Source of the DNA: Microthyrium microscopicum
Lineage: Eukaryota
Length of the DNA stretch: 64,000 bases
Assembly (NCBI GenBank): GCA_010405405.1
Contig: MU004238.1
Span: 1,871,530-1,935,529, forward strand
Direction: 5' to 3'
Positions 61,788 to 64,000 of this stretch are shown in pieces (position 1 is the first letter of the stretch; each line of letters starts with the position of its first letter). The notes under the pieces are model-generated. The model was not told where the DNA came from and did no database searches. It was given only the letters and a program-made list of their open reading frames with translations. The position numbers and the translations under genes are program-made.

Positions 61788-63192
61788 ATGTCAGTCCTGT
61801 TGGAAACTTCGTTGGGCGATATTGTGATCGATCTGTTGGTTGATAATGCGCCAAAGGCGTGCGAAAAGTAAGCTCCAATCCCCCTTGCGACTGACTCCGC
61901 TGAATTGATCAAACTAAGACCACCCTAGCTTTCTGAAGCTGTGCAAAGTCAAGTACTACAACTACGCCCCCCTTTACAATGTCCAAAAAGGATTCTCATT
62001 CCAAAGTGGTGACCCCATTGGTCCCAACCAACCCGGGAGCGACGGCGGCTCTAGCATCTGGGGACTGCTGAGAGATTCTGCACCGAAAACATTCACGGCC
62101 GAGTTCCATAATAAGTTGAAGCATACAGAGCGTGGGACTGTGAGCATGGCGACCGCGCCTGCGCCGAGTGGTGACCCGGATGAGCGCGTTGCAGGGAGTC
62201 AGTTCATCATCACGCTTGGCAATGACTTGGACTTTCTGGATGGCAAGTCTGCCATCTTTGGCAAAGTCGTCGAGGGATTCGAGGTGTTGGACAAGATCAA
62301 CGATGCGTTCGTTGATGAGAAGGGTTGGCCCTTGAAAGATATCCGCATACGCCATAGCATTGTGCTGGACGACCCATACCCTGATCCAGACGGACTGGAT
62401 GAACCCGAAAAGAGCCCAGTTCCCACAGCCGCCCAACTCGCCACTGTGAGAATTGCTGATGACGAAGAGCTAGAGGAAGAGACAGATCCCGAGGCACTGG
62501 AAAAGATTCGTCGGGAAAGAGAGGCTCGAGCACAAGCATTAACGTTGGAGATGGTCGGCGACTTGCCTTTCGCTGAAGTCAAGCCACCAGAGAACATCCT
62601 TTTTGTCTGCAAACTCAACCCAGTAACCGAGGATGAAGATCTAGAGCTTATTTTTTCTCGTTTCGGCAAGATTCTATCCTGTGAAGTCATTCGCGACAAG
62701 AAAACGAGCGAAAGTCTGCAGTACGCCTTCATCGAATTCGACAATCAAAAGGACTGCGAACAAGCCTATTTCAAAATGCAAGATGTGCTCATTGACGATC
62801 ATCGAATTCATGTCGACTTTTCACAATCGGTCAGCAAACTCAGCGATAATTGGCGAGATGGGGAGAATACAAAGCGGCGAAGGACTGGCGGTGGATGGGG
62901 TGGCGTCGATAACCTCGAGAAGAAAAAACAATATCGTGCGGAGAATACTGAAGTCAAACGTAATGATGGTTACGGACTCTTGGTTGATAGATCTGGACAT
63001 AAGAAAAATCGCGAACGTAGTAGCAGTCCACGAGCGTCCAAGGATCGCGGGTACAACAGAGAGAGAAGCAAGGACCGTAGCAATGGCCGCGATGGGAGAA
63101 GCAGAAGCGATCACCATGACTCAGACAAACGAGATCGAAGAGATGATAGATACCGACATTATGATGATCGAGACAAGCATCGACGACGCTGA
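61788..63192 (+). CDS. PPIL4: Cyclophilin-RRM protein, peptidyl-prolyl cis-trans isomerase-like 4 (PPIL4/Rct1/Cyp6 type), two exons
   Basis: [16 protein letters not shown]...[45 protein letters not shown]...YAFIEF...[13 protein letters not shown]-rich tail. Confidence 0.95.
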
Positions 63193-63450
63193 ACGAACGA
63201 ATCCCACGCCTTGATCTCTGGCCTTGCTGAGATTAAATCATCGTATCCTCCGGCTTATGGGTAATCATGACTGCGTGTCTCGCCAGCCTGGCTTCGGAAT
63301 GAGCACGGTCTCGCCAGATGCCGGTCTTCGATCTTTGATTCTATAGGCGACCCTCCCTTTGGATGTCTGATGTCTGCCGACCACTATATCACCAGTGGTA
63401 AAGCATCCATGATTGCTTGATGTCGGAGAATACTTTGTGGGGGGGTACCG

Positions 63451-63561
63451 TAAGTCGACTGCACAAAGTCCTTGTCTCATGCACCAAGCACAATGAAAAG
63501 CATACTAAGTCGACTGTACAAAGTCCTTGTCTGGTGTACCAAGGACAATGAAAAGCGTACT
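63451..63561 (+). repeat. 55-bp tandem duplication
   Basis: TAAGTCGACTGYACAAAGTCCTTGTCT...ACCAAGSACAATGAAAAGCRTAC at 63451 and 63506. Confidence 0.9.
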
Positions 63562-63802
63562 GCACTAAGGCATTCAAAGGGTATATATTCAGAGGGTGCG
63601 CTGTGAATAAACTGAACAGCCTCATCAGTATACCCAAGTCTTTATATATAGATAATGTCATTGTTCCGTTATACTCTGAGCTGACTATTATTCCACTTAA
63701 TGAGTTCCACGGCCCTCAGCATCTCCTCAACATGTAAGCCTCCTTTATCATTACTTAAACCAATTACCACAGTCCATAGCCATATCACCCTACATATACA
63801 GA

Positions 63803-64000
63803 ATGGACACAATCATGTCGTCTGGAGCTAACCCCCCAGCTAACGCACCAACAGGTCCGCGCATCCTCATCGACGCCAAAGATCGGACCTTCCCATCTCT
63901 TCCACCAACCTCTGCTCTCGTGCCTGAAGGCGCACCCACGCTCAACTATGCCATGAACCTTCTGCGGCGGATGGACTCCTACGCCCCTTTCCACCTCCAG
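63803..64000 (+). CDS. Hypothetical protein, 5' part; runs off the window
   Basis: ATG 63803 opens MDTIMSSGANPPANAPTGPRILIDAKDRTFPSLPP..., with no stop for 66 codons, after a C/A-rich leader. Confidence 0.45.
   Translation, partial: MDTIMSSGANPPANAPTGPRILIDAKDRTFPSLPPTSALVPEGAPTLNYAMNLLRRMDSYAPFHLQ

Overview
Gene-dense, intron-containing genomic DNA from a filamentous ascomycete (Pezizomycotina), judged from GT-AG introns with CTRAC-type branch sites, fungus-specific gene families and RIP. About 19 protein genes are supported: a Fungal_trans_2 transcription factor (3' part), an acetamidase-type amidase, a DUR3-family transporter, a spliced LITAF-domain protein missed by the ORF track, a coiled-coil protein, a PH-domain protein, a frameshifted DUF3632 gene, a YIP1-family protein, RRN5, a cyclin-like protein, La/LHP1, NAM9, a type I membrane protein, LSM4, a PPR protein, a GPI-tailed S10 carboxypeptidase, a Zn2Cys6 factor, a dienelactone hydrolase and PPIL4. 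A possible partial gene runs off the right end. The two AT-rich blocks are RIP-destroyed pogo-like (DDE_1) DNA transposons with CCGT termini and TA duplications: an unusually large 8.5 kb element (11572-20041) and a 3.2 kb element (42723-45950). The most notable object is nested in the large one: a 1052 bp non-coding LTR mini-retroelement (214 bp LTRs, GCTAT duplication, polypurine tract). Its primer-binding site is complementary to 11 nt of its own LTR, which points to Tf1-like self-priming. Family assignments come from motif recognition by eye; no database searches were run.
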